Below are positions 1 through 9,690 of a stretch of 64,000 nucleotides of DNA, piece after piece; the first letter of the stretch is position 1, and each line of letters starts with the position of its first letter. A model generated the notes under the pieces. It was not told the origin of the DNA. It was given only the letters and a program-made list of their open reading frames with translations, and searched no databases. The position numbers and the translations under genes were made by a program. The stretch is from Phormidium tanganyikae FI6-MK23. GTDB lineage: Bacteria > Cyanobacteriota > Cyanobacteriia > Leptolyngbyales > Leptolyngbyaceae. Where the stretch lies: contig JAHHHU010000015.1 of the NCBI GenBank assembly GCA_019359175.1, positions 14,574 through 78,573 of the forward strand, read 5' to 3'.

Positions 1-113
1 TAAGTCTTATTGTCAAATAAGTCGCGATCGAAATCACTTCCCTTAATCTTTTTTCTTTTAAGTCCACAACAAGCTGTCAAACCTAGTTCAATCTATATTG
101 AGAGCCATTATCA

Positions 114-1637
114 TTAGTTCTTTTTATCTTGAGAAATAGTCGAAGGTGCGACGGTTCCAAACGTCATCAAATCTAACTCGTTGAGTAATTTCAGCGTTTG
201 GGCGCGTTGGGTGCTTGAGTCTTGAGGTTGTTTTGCTAACCATGCGATCGCTCTGGGTTTTCCTTGTTGCGATGCGAGACGAAGCACCGCCCAAATTTGA
301 ACTTGAGATCGAGCCGGATCAAACGTGAGCGCAGCGTTAATTCGCTTCTGAACTCGACCCGGATCGAATTTGAGAACATCGAGAATTTCAGATCGATCGC
401 TGGAGGGATTTTGCACAAATTGGGCAGCACGTTCCCAGCGTCCATCGAGTAAATTCGCTAAAACTTGCTGACCTGCATTTGCCCAGGGTTGTTCGGCTTG
501 CGCTTTGGTCACTTTGGCATGACGCGCCACAAGATCCATTTGCGATTGAGCATTGATTGTCCAATCTGAGCCGACTTGCCGCTTGATCGACTGCATATAT
601 TCCAATGCGTTTGACCACAAGCCGCTACGAGCGAGAAACAACGCATCGACAAAGGCTCCATTTTCTTCCTTCAGTCCACTTTGGCTGAGTGAAATCGGTT
701 GAAGTTGGAACGGGATGTTTTTCCGCTTTACCGATCGCAGTTGATACACCTGAAAATCTGGCTCTAATCCAACCGTTTGATTCACCACAAATTCAGCGGG
801 GCGACCTTTCGGAACGGCTTGCCAGCTTGGAATCTCACCATCGGGACTCGTCCAAGAGAGCATCACGCTCATCGCAGTCGTGGTCGGATTGTAGTAAACC
901 ACTTGACCATAAGCGATCGAGTTATCCCCTTGTTTCAGTTTGCCGTTGAGGGTTAACCAAGCTCCGTTGCGTGGGGCGCGGTCTTCAAAGCGCTGAATGG
1001 CTGTGAACGGCACAGGACGATCGGAACTCGGATTAATGGCACGGGCACGAACGAGCGGTTCGGTGACAAAATCTTCGCGCAGTTCTCGCACTTCGATTTG
1101 ATTAACAAACTGAAGCGCTTCTTTCTTGTTTGGGGTTGGATTGAATACTAATCGGTATGCGCGGAGTTCGGTTAAGCGATCGTCACTTCCATCTCCTGGG
1201 GGTCGATAAACCGGAATCAGCAAATCGATTTGTTTTTGCTTGCCTTTGATCGCGGTTTCGACTCGGATCGGTTCACCTGCAAACAAGCCTGCTCTTCTCA
1301 AATCGGCTTGGATTTCTCTTAAAGTCTTCGGATCGTCCCAAGCGCTGATGGGAATTTTGGCGTGTTTGGGGAGATATTGATTCATCCAGACGACTGAGCG
1401 CGGGTCGATGATGAATTGAGCACTGAGCCAAGTGCTGGACACGACGAAACCCGCTGCCGATGCGATCGCGACAAACGACCCGATCGATCTCCAAGGAATC
1501 GCTCCCATTTTTGGCAACTGCAATTTCATAACGCGACTTGAAAAACTGATCCTTCTTTGAATGGTATATGCGTCTTGGTGTTTTCGAGCTAATTTCTCTC
1601 TAAGACTTGTAAGTATTGTCGTCCGGCGCGTTCCCAA
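114..1637 (-). CDS. Conserved cyanobacterial hypothetical protein with N-terminal membrane anchor and helical C-terminus (start uncertain; ATG at 1529 possible)
   Basis: 507-codon ORF; hydrophobic segment SFVAIASAAGFVVSSTWLSAQFII; no catalytic motif recognised. Confidence 0.75.
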   Translation of the reverse strand: MGTRRTTILTSLREKLARKHQDAYTIQRRISFSSRVMKLQLPKMGAIPWRSIGSFVAIASAAGFVVSSTWLSAQFIIDPRSVVWMNQYLPKHAKIPISAWDDPKTLREIQADLRRAGLFAGEPIRVETAIKGKQKQIDLLIPVYRPPGDGSDDRLTELRAYRLVFNPTPNKKEALQFVNQIEVRELREDFVTEPLVRARAINPSSDRPVPFTAIQRFEDRAPRNGAWLTLNGKLKQGDNSIAYGQVVYYNPTTTAMSVMLSWTSPDGEIPSWQAVPKGRPAEFVVNQTVGLEPDFQVYQLRSVKRKNIPFQLQPISLSQSGLKEENGAFVDALFLARSGLWSNALEYMQSIKRQVGSDWTINAQSQMDLVARHAKVTKAQAEQPWANAGQQVLANLLDGRWERAAQFVQNPSSDRSEILDVLKFDPGRVQKRINAALTFDPARSQVQIWAVLRLASQQGKPRAIAWLAKQPQDSSTQRAQTLKLLNELDLMTFGTVAPSTISQDKKN

Positions 1638-2767
1638 GTGTATTCAGCTTCGATCAGCGATCGTGCATTCTGCGAAAGTTGCGATCGCAACGCAGGATCT
1701 TCAAATAACCGTGAAATTGCGGTAACGTATTCGTTTACGGTGTTGGCTTGCAGTGCTCGAATCGGTTGATTAAATTGCAATCCTTCTAATCCTCGATCGC
1801 TTGATACGATCGGTGTTCCGGCTGCCATTGCTTCCAGTGTTTTATTTTTGATTCCGTATCCGGTTCGCATTGGAATTACACAGACCGTTGCTTGGTGTAA
1901 ATAATCTGCGATCGATTCGACTCGTCCGGTGACGGTGATATTTTTGCGATCGCTCAGTTGAAGAATTTCTGCGGTTGGACGTGCGCCCACGATCGACAAA
2001 GTGACATCGGGATAAATTGCTTGAATTTGCGGCAGAATTTCTAAGCTCAAGAACTTTGCAGCATCAATATTCGCTAAGTTGTCCATTGCGCCGATGAAGA
2101 GGAGGTGATGACCGCCCGGATCGGCTGTACGGTAGGAAAATGAAGCGAAATCGACTCCGTTCGGAATCACACTAATATCAATCGTCGGATTAAAACTCTG
2201 CAATTGGGCACAATCGTCGTCAGTTGTCACCACAATATTCGTAAATTTCTGACAGTAGCGTTTCTCGTAGCGTTTCAGTAGCGGTAGATTAATGCGATCG
2301 CGCAATTGATTTTCAGAAGTTCCGGTCTGTAATTGATTCTTATAAGACCCATAGACCGAGCTATGTACGTTTACAATCTTTTTCTGTTGAAATTCTGGAC
2401 GTATATAGATTTCATTTACGCTATGCTCGCAAGTGATGATATCGAACTTCTCGATATGCTGATCGATCCAACCTTGCATCGCGGGTGAATAGTTCGATCG
2501 AACACTCGACGGCGTTCCTTCAATCAGAAATTCCGTAAATCGTTGAACTTTATTTGAAGCGTTTGTCGTTCGCTCAAACACCACTAATTCGCTCGTAAAT
2601 TCCCGTAATCTCTCAATCTCAGAATCGCTCACATCCTCGCTTCGCTGCGTCAAAACCGTGACATTGTGAGCCTGATTCAGATACTTAAGTAAATGAAATG
2701 TCCGAACCTGCGTTCCGCCCTTAGTTGGAGGATAAGGGAATGTTGTAGACAACATGAGGATATTCAT
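1589..2767 (-). CDS. Glycosyltransferase family 4 (GT-B)
   Basis: MNILMLSTTFPYPPTKGGTQVR N-terminus; IPNGVD; KNKTLEAMAAGTPIVSSD motif. Start moved to the ATG at 2767. Confidence 0.92.
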   Translation of the reverse strand: MNILMLSTTFPYPPTKGGTQVRTFHLLKYLNQAHNVTVLTQRSEDVSDSEIERLREFTSELVVFERTTNASNKVQRFTEFLIEGTPSSVRSNYSPAMQGWIDQHIEKFDIITCEHSVNEIYIRPEFQQKKIVNVHSSVYGSYKNQLQTGTSENQLRDRINLPLLKRYEKRYCQKFTNIVVTTDDDCAQLQSFNPTIDISVIPNGVDFASFSYRTADPGGHHLLFIGAMDNLANIDAAKFLSLEILPQIQAIYPDVTLSIVGARPTAEILQLSDRKNITVTGRVESIADYLHQATVCVIPMRTGYGIKNKTLEAMAAGTPIVSSDRGLEGLQFNQPIRALQANTVNEYVTAISRLFEDPALRSQLSQNARSLIEAEYTWERAGRQYLQVLERN

Positions 2768-2812
2768 GGGGCGATCGTGTCGATATTGAGGGAAACTAAA
2801 CCTAAGTTCCGT

Positions 2813-3757
2813 ATGCCCAAAATTAGCGTCTGCATTCCTACGTATAATCGCGCTCACTTTTTACCTTTTGCGATCGACAGTGTTTTCGCGCAAACGATCA
2901 CCGATTGGGAATTAATCGTCTGCGATGATGGCTCTCAAGATGCCACTCCCGAAGTGATGGCACGTTATACCGATCCGCGAGTTCGATATGTGCGACATCC
3001 GCGTAATGTGGGCAAGAGTAACAACATGCGATCGGGCTTTGAAGTTGCGACCGGAAAGTATTTTATTAAGTTCGATGATGACGATCGCTTGACTCCAGAA
3101 TTCTTGGAGAAAACGAGTGAAATTCTCGATCGAGATTCAGCGATCGATTTTGTTGGAACGGATCACTGGATCATTGATTCAAACAACGATCAAGAAATTG
3201 AGTTAACCGAAAAAAACTCACAAAAATGGGGCAGAACTGAACTCGCAGAAGGAATTTCCGCATCGCTATTAGAAACAGTATTCGTCAGACAAAGTTTTCA
3301 AGTAGGTGCAACCCTATTTAGAATGCAAGCGCTACAGGATGTAGATTATATGCGTCCAAATATTCAAAACTGCGAAGACAATGATTTATTCGTGCGGTTA
3401 GTACTCGATGAAAAGCAAGGATATTACTTGCCGCAACGGTTAATGGAATATCGTGTGCATCCAGAACAGCAAGGACTCGATCGAGCAATTCCGTATCTAA
3501 AAGACAAGCTGAGTTATTTGGAGAATTTTCAATTCACGTCGAAATTGGAAGAAATTCGTCGATCGCGGTTGGCTGAAACTCAATTGCTACTTGGACTGCG
3601 ATTAATCGAAATTGGAGATGTGGAGCGTGGACGGGAATTAGTGCGATCGGGCAAGCCCGCCTCAGTCCCGAAAGCTTATGTTGCACTAGCGCTTTCCCTG
3701 CTCCCCAAATCGCTGAGACAAACCTTATTTCAAACAATGCGGAAAATGAAGGAATAA
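2813..3757 (+). CDS. Glycosyltransferase family 2 (GT-A)
   Basis: MPKISVCIPTYNRA, IVCDDGSQD, FDDDD (DxD) and EDNDL motifs; ATG at 2813. Confidence 0.93.
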   Translation: MPKISVCIPTYNRAHFLPFAIDSVFAQTITDWELIVCDDGSQDATPEVMARYTDPRVRYVRHPRNVGKSNNMRSGFEVATGKYFIKFDDDDRLTPEFLEKTSEILDRDSAIDFVGTDHWIIDSNNDQEIELTEKNSQKWGRTELAEGISASLLETVFVRQSFQVGATLFRMQALQDVDYMRPNIQNCEDNDLFVRLVLDEKQGYYLPQRLMEYRVHPEQQGLDRAIPYLKDKLSYLENFQFTSKLEEIRRSRLAETQLLLGLRLIEIGDVERGRELVRSGKPASVPKAYVALALSLLPKSLRQTLFQTMRKMKE

Positions 3758-3812
3758 CTCGCATTTTTTCAATCATTGAGCGATGATCTAAACAACGCGA
3801 GAGCTAGAAAAA

Positions 3813-4061
3813 ATGGTGAAACTGACGCAATCCTATCCGCCGACTCAATTGAAGGTAACGCTTTTGGTGGAGACACTTGAATCAGGGAAATTCGCCGCCT
3901 CTATTTTCGAGTTTCCTGGATGTCGGATTGAAGCAAACACGCGAGAATCTGCGATCGGGCAAGTCCAATCCGCTTTTCTAGAGCGATTAAGACATATTGA
4001 AGCCATCTATCCGATCAACACTTACAGCTTTGTTTCACCCAAAGTTTCTGTGTCTCTCTGA
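3813..4061 (+). pseudogene. HicB-like antitoxin N-terminal fragment, probably truncated
   Basis: LLVETLESGKFAASIFEFPGCRIEANTRESAIGQVQ resembles the HicB partial RNase H fold. The last 13 codons run into the 3' end of the convergent permease gene, and no toxin gene is adjacent. Confidence 0.5.
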
Positions 4062-4927
4062 ACTGCTAACCGGACGATCGATAAAATCAAAATCATCAAA
4101 AACATCACAAGCCCGATTGTACAGGCATAGCTAATTTCTAGCTTTGTAAACGCCTGCTCATACACATAAAACACGATCGTTTTAGAACTATTCAACGGGC
4201 CGCCCTGCGTCATGATGAAAATCTCTTCAAACACCTTGGTCGCTGAAATTGCCGAAATTACCGCAACTAACCACAAATAAGGCTGCATCAACGGCACAGT
4301 AATATCCCAATGCTTGCGAATTCCATCAGAACCATCGATCGAAGCTGCTTCATACAGTTCCGCCGGAATCGACTGCAATCCCGCGAGATAAATCACCATG
4401 TAGTAGCCCAACCCTTTCCAAATCGTCACCACCATCACGCTAAACAGTGCCAAATTCGGATCAGTTAACCACGGCACACCCGAAAACCCGGTCGCGCGTA
4501 AAAACTGATTCAGCAAGCCGTTATCCGAGTACAACCATTTCCAAGCAATACCAGCCACCACCATCGAAATGATTACAGGCGTATAGTATGCGACTCGAAA
4601 CCAGCGAATGCCGCGAAGTTTCTGATTGACGAGAATCGCTAAAGCTAAAGGCGCGATCGCTAAAATTGGAACTACACAGACCAAATACAAAATCGTATTG
4701 CGTAGGGTCTGCCAAAAAACCGGATCTTTGCTCAATCGCTGAAAATTCTTCCACCCGATCCACTGCGGCTCTGTGATCAAGTCGTAGCGCGTAAAACTTA
4801 GATAAAACGCTTGCAGGGCTGGATAGAAAACGGTAATGCCCAACACGATCAAAGCTGGCAACAGAAACAGATAAGGCGTTAAATGCCGCTGCATCGGAGA
4901 CCAGCTTTCTCGGAATGTCTTATTCAT
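4022..4927 (-). CDS. Carbohydrate ABC transporter permease (MalF/LacF/UgpA-like)
   Basis: Six hydrophobic segments and the EAA loop YEAASIDGSDG; start at ATG 4927 or 4894; no ATPase or binding-protein gene adjacent. Confidence 0.92.
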   Translation of the reverse strand: MNKTFRESWSPMQRHLTPYLFLLPALIVLGITVFYPALQAFYLSFTRYDLITEPQWIGWKNFQRLSKDPVFWQTLRNTILYLVCVVPILAIAPLALAILVNQKLRGIRWFRVAYYTPVIISMVVAGIAWKWLYSDNGLLNQFLRATGFSGVPWLTDPNLALFSVMVVTIWKGLGYYMVIYLAGLQSIPAELYEAASIDGSDGIRKHWDITVPLMQPYLWLVAVISAISATKVFEEIFIMTQGGPLNSSKTIVFYVYEQAFTKLEISYACTIGLVMFLMILILSIVRLAVQRDTETLGETKL

Positions 4928-4966
4928 CGGGAGTGAAGTTGCAAAAAGCCACCTCACACTGTACAA

Positions 4967-5578
4967 CTAATCGATTTCCTCTGCTTCAACTCGCCGAATC
5001 GATCGACGCGCGGGAAGCACTTGAGTTCTGCGGCGATTCGATAAATATCCTGGATACTCATCGTGAACGACTTCGATCGTGCGAGAAGGACGCTGCTGTT
5101 TCGCAAATAATATGAACATTCCCACGAGCGCAATTCCGCCTCCAAAGGTGAGAATCACGCCGCCGAGCATCCACAGGAGATTCGAGAAAACGGGATTGTT
5201 CTCGATCGAAGAATTCGAGTTGATCGGTCTAGGTGGTGCGGAAATTGCGGCTCTGCTCTGAGCATTCAACGTTTCGATCAGGGCTTGCTGACTTTGAAGT
5301 TGAGTTTTGAGTTGCTCGGTTTGGATACGCTGTTGTTCAACAAGCGCTTTGAGTTGCTCGGTTTCGGCGCGTTGTTTGTCGGCATCGATCGTGGTTCCCG
5401 TTGTGTTGGGGGGAAGAGTCGCGACGGACGCACCCGGTTGAACAGAATAGCCGTAATTTGGGAGGGGTTGAGACGGTGAGAGCGTTGGCGAACTGTTGCC
5501 GACCCCTCCCTTCAACAAAATCACAGCCGCAAGTCCTGCGAGTGCTGCGCCTCCTAAAAATGATGTTGTTTCGCTCAT
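4967..5578 (-). CDS. patN: PatN-like membrane protein (heterocyst differentiation-related family)
   Basis: N-terminal GGAALAGLAAVILLKG, Pro-rich linker, Q-rich coiled coil, TM LWMLGGVILTFGGGIALVG, and C-terminal QRPSRTIEVVH...RRVEAEE match my recollection of the Nostoc PatN layout. Confidence 0.6.
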   Translation of the reverse strand: MSETTSFLGGAALAGLAAVILLKGGVGNSSPTLSPSQPLPNYGYSVQPGASVATLPPNTTGTTIDADKQRAETEQLKALVEQQRIQTEQLKTQLQSQQALIETLNAQSRAAISAPPRPINSNSSIENNPVFSNLLWMLGGVILTFGGGIALVGMFILFAKQQRPSRTIEVVHDEYPGYLSNRRRTQVLPARRSIRRVEAEEID

Positions 5579-5853
5579 CTCCCCTTCACCTTTTCATGCT
5601 GGATTGCAACGCTTACCACGATCTCCTAAACAGTATTCAAACTATTGTGACTCAATCCAGGATTTCTGAATCTTTTCAGTGATTCCACTACTATTCAAGG
5701 TCAGAATCTCCAGATTGTCCATATCAGTTTATATAGATTTCTCTAGAAGGGGACGTTTTCTAACAAATTTAAGCATTAGAATCGCTCAGTTTTCAGTGGT
5801 TTCGGATGAAGTTTAGAATGCCCATTAATCGAGCGAACTCGACTTTTTCAATT

Positions 5854-6888
5854 TTAGGCGCGTTGACACAACAAAACAGCAAAGGCTTGATGTGGATCTG
5901 TCCAGACTTGTACGCAGTCGAGTTGTTTGGCTGTCAAGAGCCGTTTTATTTGATCAAGGTCAAATTTGCGCGAAATTTCACTTAAAATCGTCTCCCCTGC
6001 AGCAAATTCGACGGTTAAATTTAATGCCTGGAGATGAACGATTTGAGATCGCAAACTGCGTAAGTGCATCTCAATTTGTCGATCGCTTTCGTTATAAATA
6101 GCAACGTGCTGAAACTGAGTTAAATCAAAGTCACCCTGAAAGCGCTGATTCAAATGTTGCAGCATATTCAGGTTAAATTCTGCGGTTACATTTTGGCGAT
6201 CGTTGTACGCTGCTTCGAGTTGCGCCTTGGATTTATGCAAATCAATTCCGAGTAGAAAATACTCTTTTGGTTTCAGTGCGTTTGCAATTTGATTGAGAAA
6301 AGTATCGCATTCTGCCGAGTTCAAGTTACCCAGCGTACTACCGATAAATCCAATCATTCGACTCGGAAGTTGAGCTTGTGGAAGTTTCTCTAGTGCGAGT
6401 TCATAAGTTCCCACGAGTCCGTAAACTTTGAGATCTGGATAATCGCTGAGTAGACTATGGGCGCTACTTTCCAGGATTCCAGCACTGATATCGATCGGGC
6501 AATAGATCAGCGGATAACTCAACGATCGATAAGCATCAAGCAAAATTCGCGTTTTGGTAGAATTGCCGCTGCCGAGTTCGATCAGTTCGCAGGCTCCGGT
6601 GATTTGAGCAATTTCGGGCGCACAAGATTTTAGAATTTCAGTCTCAGTCCGCGTCAGATAATATTCTGGAACTTCGGTAATTTGTTCAAATAATTGAGAA
6701 CCGCGATCGTCGTAAAAATATCGAGGAGGCAACGTTTTCGGCGTTTGGCTCAGTCCGCGAACGACATCGCTACCGGGATGCAGCTCATCTTCAGAAGGCA
6801 TTGAGCGATCGACAAGATAAGTTAGATGAACGCGCTCTTGGGACTCGTTCGCGACACCGTACACACTAGAATTTTGAGACACTAACAA
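5854..6888 (-). CDS. egtD: L-histidine N-alpha-methyltransferase EgtD
   Basis: PKTLPPRYFYDDRGSQLFEQIT, PEYYLTRTE, IELGSGNSTKT, AAYND, TAEFNLNML, ETILSEISRKF. The TTG start directly follows the egtB TAG, with AGGAG just upstream. Confidence 0.95.
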   Translation of the reverse strand: MLVSQNSSVYGVANESQERVHLTYLVDRSMPSEDELHPGSDVVRGLSQTPKTLPPRYFYDDRGSQLFEQITEVPEYYLTRTETEILKSCAPEIAQITGACELIELGSGNSTKTRILLDAYRSLSYPLIYCPIDISAGILESSAHSLLSDYPDLKVYGLVGTYELALEKLPQAQLPSRMIGFIGSTLGNLNSAECDTFLNQIANALKPKEYFLLGIDLHKSKAQLEAAYNDRQNVTAEFNLNMLQHLNQRFQGDFDLTQFQHVAIYNESDRQIEMHLRSLRSQIVHLQALNLTVEFAAGETILSEISRKFDLDQIKRLLTAKQLDCVQVWTDPHQAFAVLLCQRA

Positions 6889-8055
6889 CTAGCTCCTTAC
6901 ACCAGCAGAATAGACACAGCGGAAGCCGGAAAAAATTTCTCGGACGTGCGGATAATACCAGTTTCGGAATGAGTTTCGCATCGCCCACGGGAAAGTTGTC
7001 CAGCTTCCCCCTTTGAGGACGCGATGCGCTCGATCGAAATAGGTTTGGGAATAACCAGGATAGGGGTAGCTCTCGAAGTTGGGGTAGCCATCAAACCAGG
7101 TCGATGTCCACTGCCACACTTCACCCAGCATATTTTGAACTAGGGCGGCTTTTTCCCATTCAGCTTCGGTCGGGAGTCGTTTCCCCACAAATCGCGCGTA
7201 AGCATCCGCCTCGTACCAACTCACGCCGTAAATCGGAGAACGATCGGGGAGATCGCTTTGTTTCGATCGGCTTCTGCCCCCTAAGTCCCCCAGAATGGGG
7301 GACTTTGAGAACCAGTGTAGGGGATGCTCGATCGCGGTTTGTTCAAGCCATTTCCAGCCTTCCGGTGTCCACCACTGCGGATTTTGATATCCTCCAGCTT
7401 CGATAAACGATTGATATTCCTCACGAGTTACAGGATATCGATCGATCGAATATGATTCTAGAAAAACTTCATGTTGCGGGCGTTCATTGTCTTGCGCTTC
7501 GATCTCATTGCTGCCCTGAATAAATGATCCTGCTGGAATCAAAATCATTTCAGATTCTGGGGAATTTAGGAGGCTTCCAGAATTCATCACCGGAGTTGGT
7601 AGCTCCAACATCGCAAGCACGATCGACATTGTTTCCGCGTGTTGGCATTCGTGTTGTAGTAACCATTTCCACAAGCGTTCCTGTTGATCCACAGGCGCGA
7701 TCGCTAAATAATCAAAAACTTTCGATCTCACAATTTCCAAATATTCGATCACCGTCTCGATCTCGGGTAATTTCACGCGATCGCTCTTCGGCAATCCATC
7801 TTGAGCAAACAATCGATGATATTCCGGCAATAACGGCGGATAACTCGCGCATCGCTGCAAGATCCAGAGCGCTTCCGTGTAGGCAATATGTCCCAAATGC
7901 CACCCGATCGGGCTGAAATCCGGATGGGCTTGAGTACAAAAACTTTCGTAATCAAGCGATCGAACAAGTTCTAAAGTTTTAGCGCGGCATTGCTGCATCG
8001 AATCAGCTAGCGCATCTCGCAAATTAAATAGAGGTAATGTCAGGCTTGAAGTCAT
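6889..8055 (-). CDS. egtB: Ergothioneine sulfoxide synthase EgtB (DinB-like plus FGE-sulfatase domains)
   Basis: SPIGWHLGH, iron-binding HECQHAE (HxxxHxE), RLPTEAEWEKAA, YPGYSQTYF, FRNWYYP; lies between egtC and egtD. Confidence 0.92.
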   Translation of the reverse strand: MTSSLTLPLFNLRDALADSMQQCRAKTLELVRSLDYESFCTQAHPDFSPIGWHLGHIAYTEALWILQRCASYPPLLPEYHRLFAQDGLPKSDRVKLPEIETVIEYLEIVRSKVFDYLAIAPVDQQERLWKWLLQHECQHAETMSIVLAMLELPTPVMNSGSLLNSPESEMILIPAGSFIQGSNEIEAQDNERPQHEVFLESYSIDRYPVTREEYQSFIEAGGYQNPQWWTPEGWKWLEQTAIEHPLHWFSKSPILGDLGGRSRSKQSDLPDRSPIYGVSWYEADAYARFVGKRLPTEAEWEKAALVQNMLGEVWQWTSTWFDGYPNFESYPYPGYSQTYFDRAHRVLKGGSWTTFPWAMRNSFRNWYYPHVREIFSGFRCVYSAGVRS

Positions 8056-8806
8056 GATCTACGGTCAACAAACAGCGATCGGGCAATGCTTTCCAATTTC
8101 CCTCAAACAGCGGCTCAGACGCAATCAAAACAGACTGCGGAAGAGACGGATCGTTCTGCAAATAGTAAAGCGTCGGGGTCGGAATTCCTTGAGCATAGCG
8201 AGAAGCAACTAACTGATCGCCATCACTCAAGATCAGATTTGCCGAAAAAGGAACCTGATGTTTATCGCCCAGTTCGATCAGCACCTTCAAAGTCCGATGC
8301 ACCGCATCCGTTAAATTTGCACTGGTTTGTAGTTCATCAATCACAGTTGCAAAGATATGCTCTGAATCGGTTAATCCTTGCACCAGTTGATAAGCTAAAT
8401 CACTCAAGCGATCGCGCATCGGACGATACAACGTTTGCCGAAAGTCCTGAATAAATCCATTGTGAACACCCATGATCGAAGCGTACTGAAACGGCTGACA
8501 GTTACTTAAGTCTGTAGCAAGTCCTGCCGTTGCACTGCGAACATTCGCCAACACACAGCCCGATTCGACATACCGACTCAAATTCTGCAAGTTTACATCG
8601 TTCCAAATGGGTAAGGTATTGCGGTAGGTAAACGGTTCCACCTCGCGCGTGGCATGATACCAGCCGATTCCAAATCCGTCCGCATTGAGCAAGCCAGCCG
8701 TCATTTCCTTCGGCTGATAGCTCTGCACAACTAAGGAATGATCCGATTGAGAAATTAAGAGATCGAGTAAAACGGGTTGCCCCAAGTAGCCAAGTAAGCG
8801 ACACAT
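8024..8806 (-). CDS. egtC: Ergothioneine biosynthesis Ntn-amidohydrolase EgtC
   Basis: MCRLLGYLG (N-terminal Cys nucleophile), NADGFGIGWY, ANVRSAT, HNG, TDSEH, ASEPL; start moved to the ATG at 8806. Confidence 0.93.
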   Translation of the reverse strand: MCRLLGYLGQPVLLDLLISQSDHSLVVQSYQPKEMTAGLLNADGFGIGWYHATREVEPFTYRNTLPIWNDVNLQNLSRYVESGCVLANVRSATAGLATDLSNCQPFQYASIMGVHNGFIQDFRQTLYRPMRDRLSDLAYQLVQGLTDSEHIFATVIDELQTSANLTDAVHRTLKVLIELGDKHQVPFSANLILSDGDQLVASRYAQGIPTPTLYYLQNDPSLPQSVLIASEPLFEGNWKALPDRCLLTVDHDFKPDITSI

Positions 8807-8853
8807 AAGAACTAAGTAGGCGAACTTTCTTGATGGTGACACAAATGGTTAGG

Positions 8854-9234
8854 TTATGGTTTCCATCGCCAAGCCGCGATCGCCAAACACACCCAACCGA
8901 CCATAAATGCCGTTCCACCCAAAGGAGCAACCGCCCCTAACCACTTCACGCCAGACAAAGACAGCGCGTACAGACTACCGGAAAACAGCACAATTCCTAA
9001 AATAAAGGCGATTCCTGATGCGGTAAAAAGCGGATCTGTGAATTCAGCGCGGCTCATAAAAAGCGCGACCAAAATTAATGCGATCGCGTGATACATCTGA
9101 TAACGCGCTCCAGTTTCAAAAATCGCTAAAGCACGATCGTCTAATTTTGCCTTTAAAGCGTGAGTTGCAAAAGCTCCACTCGCAACCGAAATTCCTGCAA
9201 GAATCGCACCCATTGATAAAAAGAATCGCATCAT
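8854..9234 (-). CDS. DUF423 (YgdD/TMEM256-like) small membrane protein
   Basis: GAFATHALK, FETGARYQMYHAIALI, LFSGSLYALSL, LGAVAPLGG motifs. Confidence 0.9.
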   Translation of the reverse strand: MMRFFLSMGAILAGISVASGAFATHALKAKLDDRALAIFETGARYQMYHAIALILVALFMSRAEFTDPLFTASGIAFILGIVLFSGSLYALSLSGVKWLGAVAPLGGTAFMVGWVCLAIAAWRWKP

Positions 9235-9663
9235 AATCAATCTTCTCAATTTGTTTTACTCGATGATTCTAGATCTTAGTTTCGCAGTTTAGAAACTGTA
9301 ATGAATTTATATGAACAAAACTGAATCGAGTCTGCTCTATCCATCAAATCAATTTATTCAGAATTGAGCGAATTACATTCATCTAAAAAATCAGAATTAG
9401 ATCAAGAGTAATAGAGCAACATAATCTTAAGAGAAGTACGAGTTCGATAAATTGAAGCTTTGTTCTAATTACTCATTCTAAGATTCCATAGAGTTTCCAG
9501 ACATTTCAAGCATTCCTATAACTTGCAATCAATCCTGATAATTTACAGGCACAAGTGAGAATATTTACCTAGTAGATCAATCAAAAAGCAAACCAAAATA
9601 AAAACTTATCGATGGGATTGGATATTACTCTTATTGTTTTATTCCTAACTCAATCAAGATGAC

Positions 9664-9690
9664 CATAAAAGGCTATAAACTAAATTTCAT
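9664..9690 (+). promoter_or_regulatory. Possible LysR/CbbR-type (CmpR/CcmR) binding site upstream of cmpA
   Basis: TAA-N7-TAA (T-N11-A) at 9666-9678 in the AT-rich region about 300 nt upstream of cmpA. The motif is low-complexity, so support is weak. Confidence 0.3.

Noticed and set aside
6889-8055. Selenoneine (SenA) interpretation of the EgtB homologue
   Set aside because: No SenB glycosyltransferase or selenophosphate synthetase is adjacent, and the egtC/egtD context fits ergothioneine.
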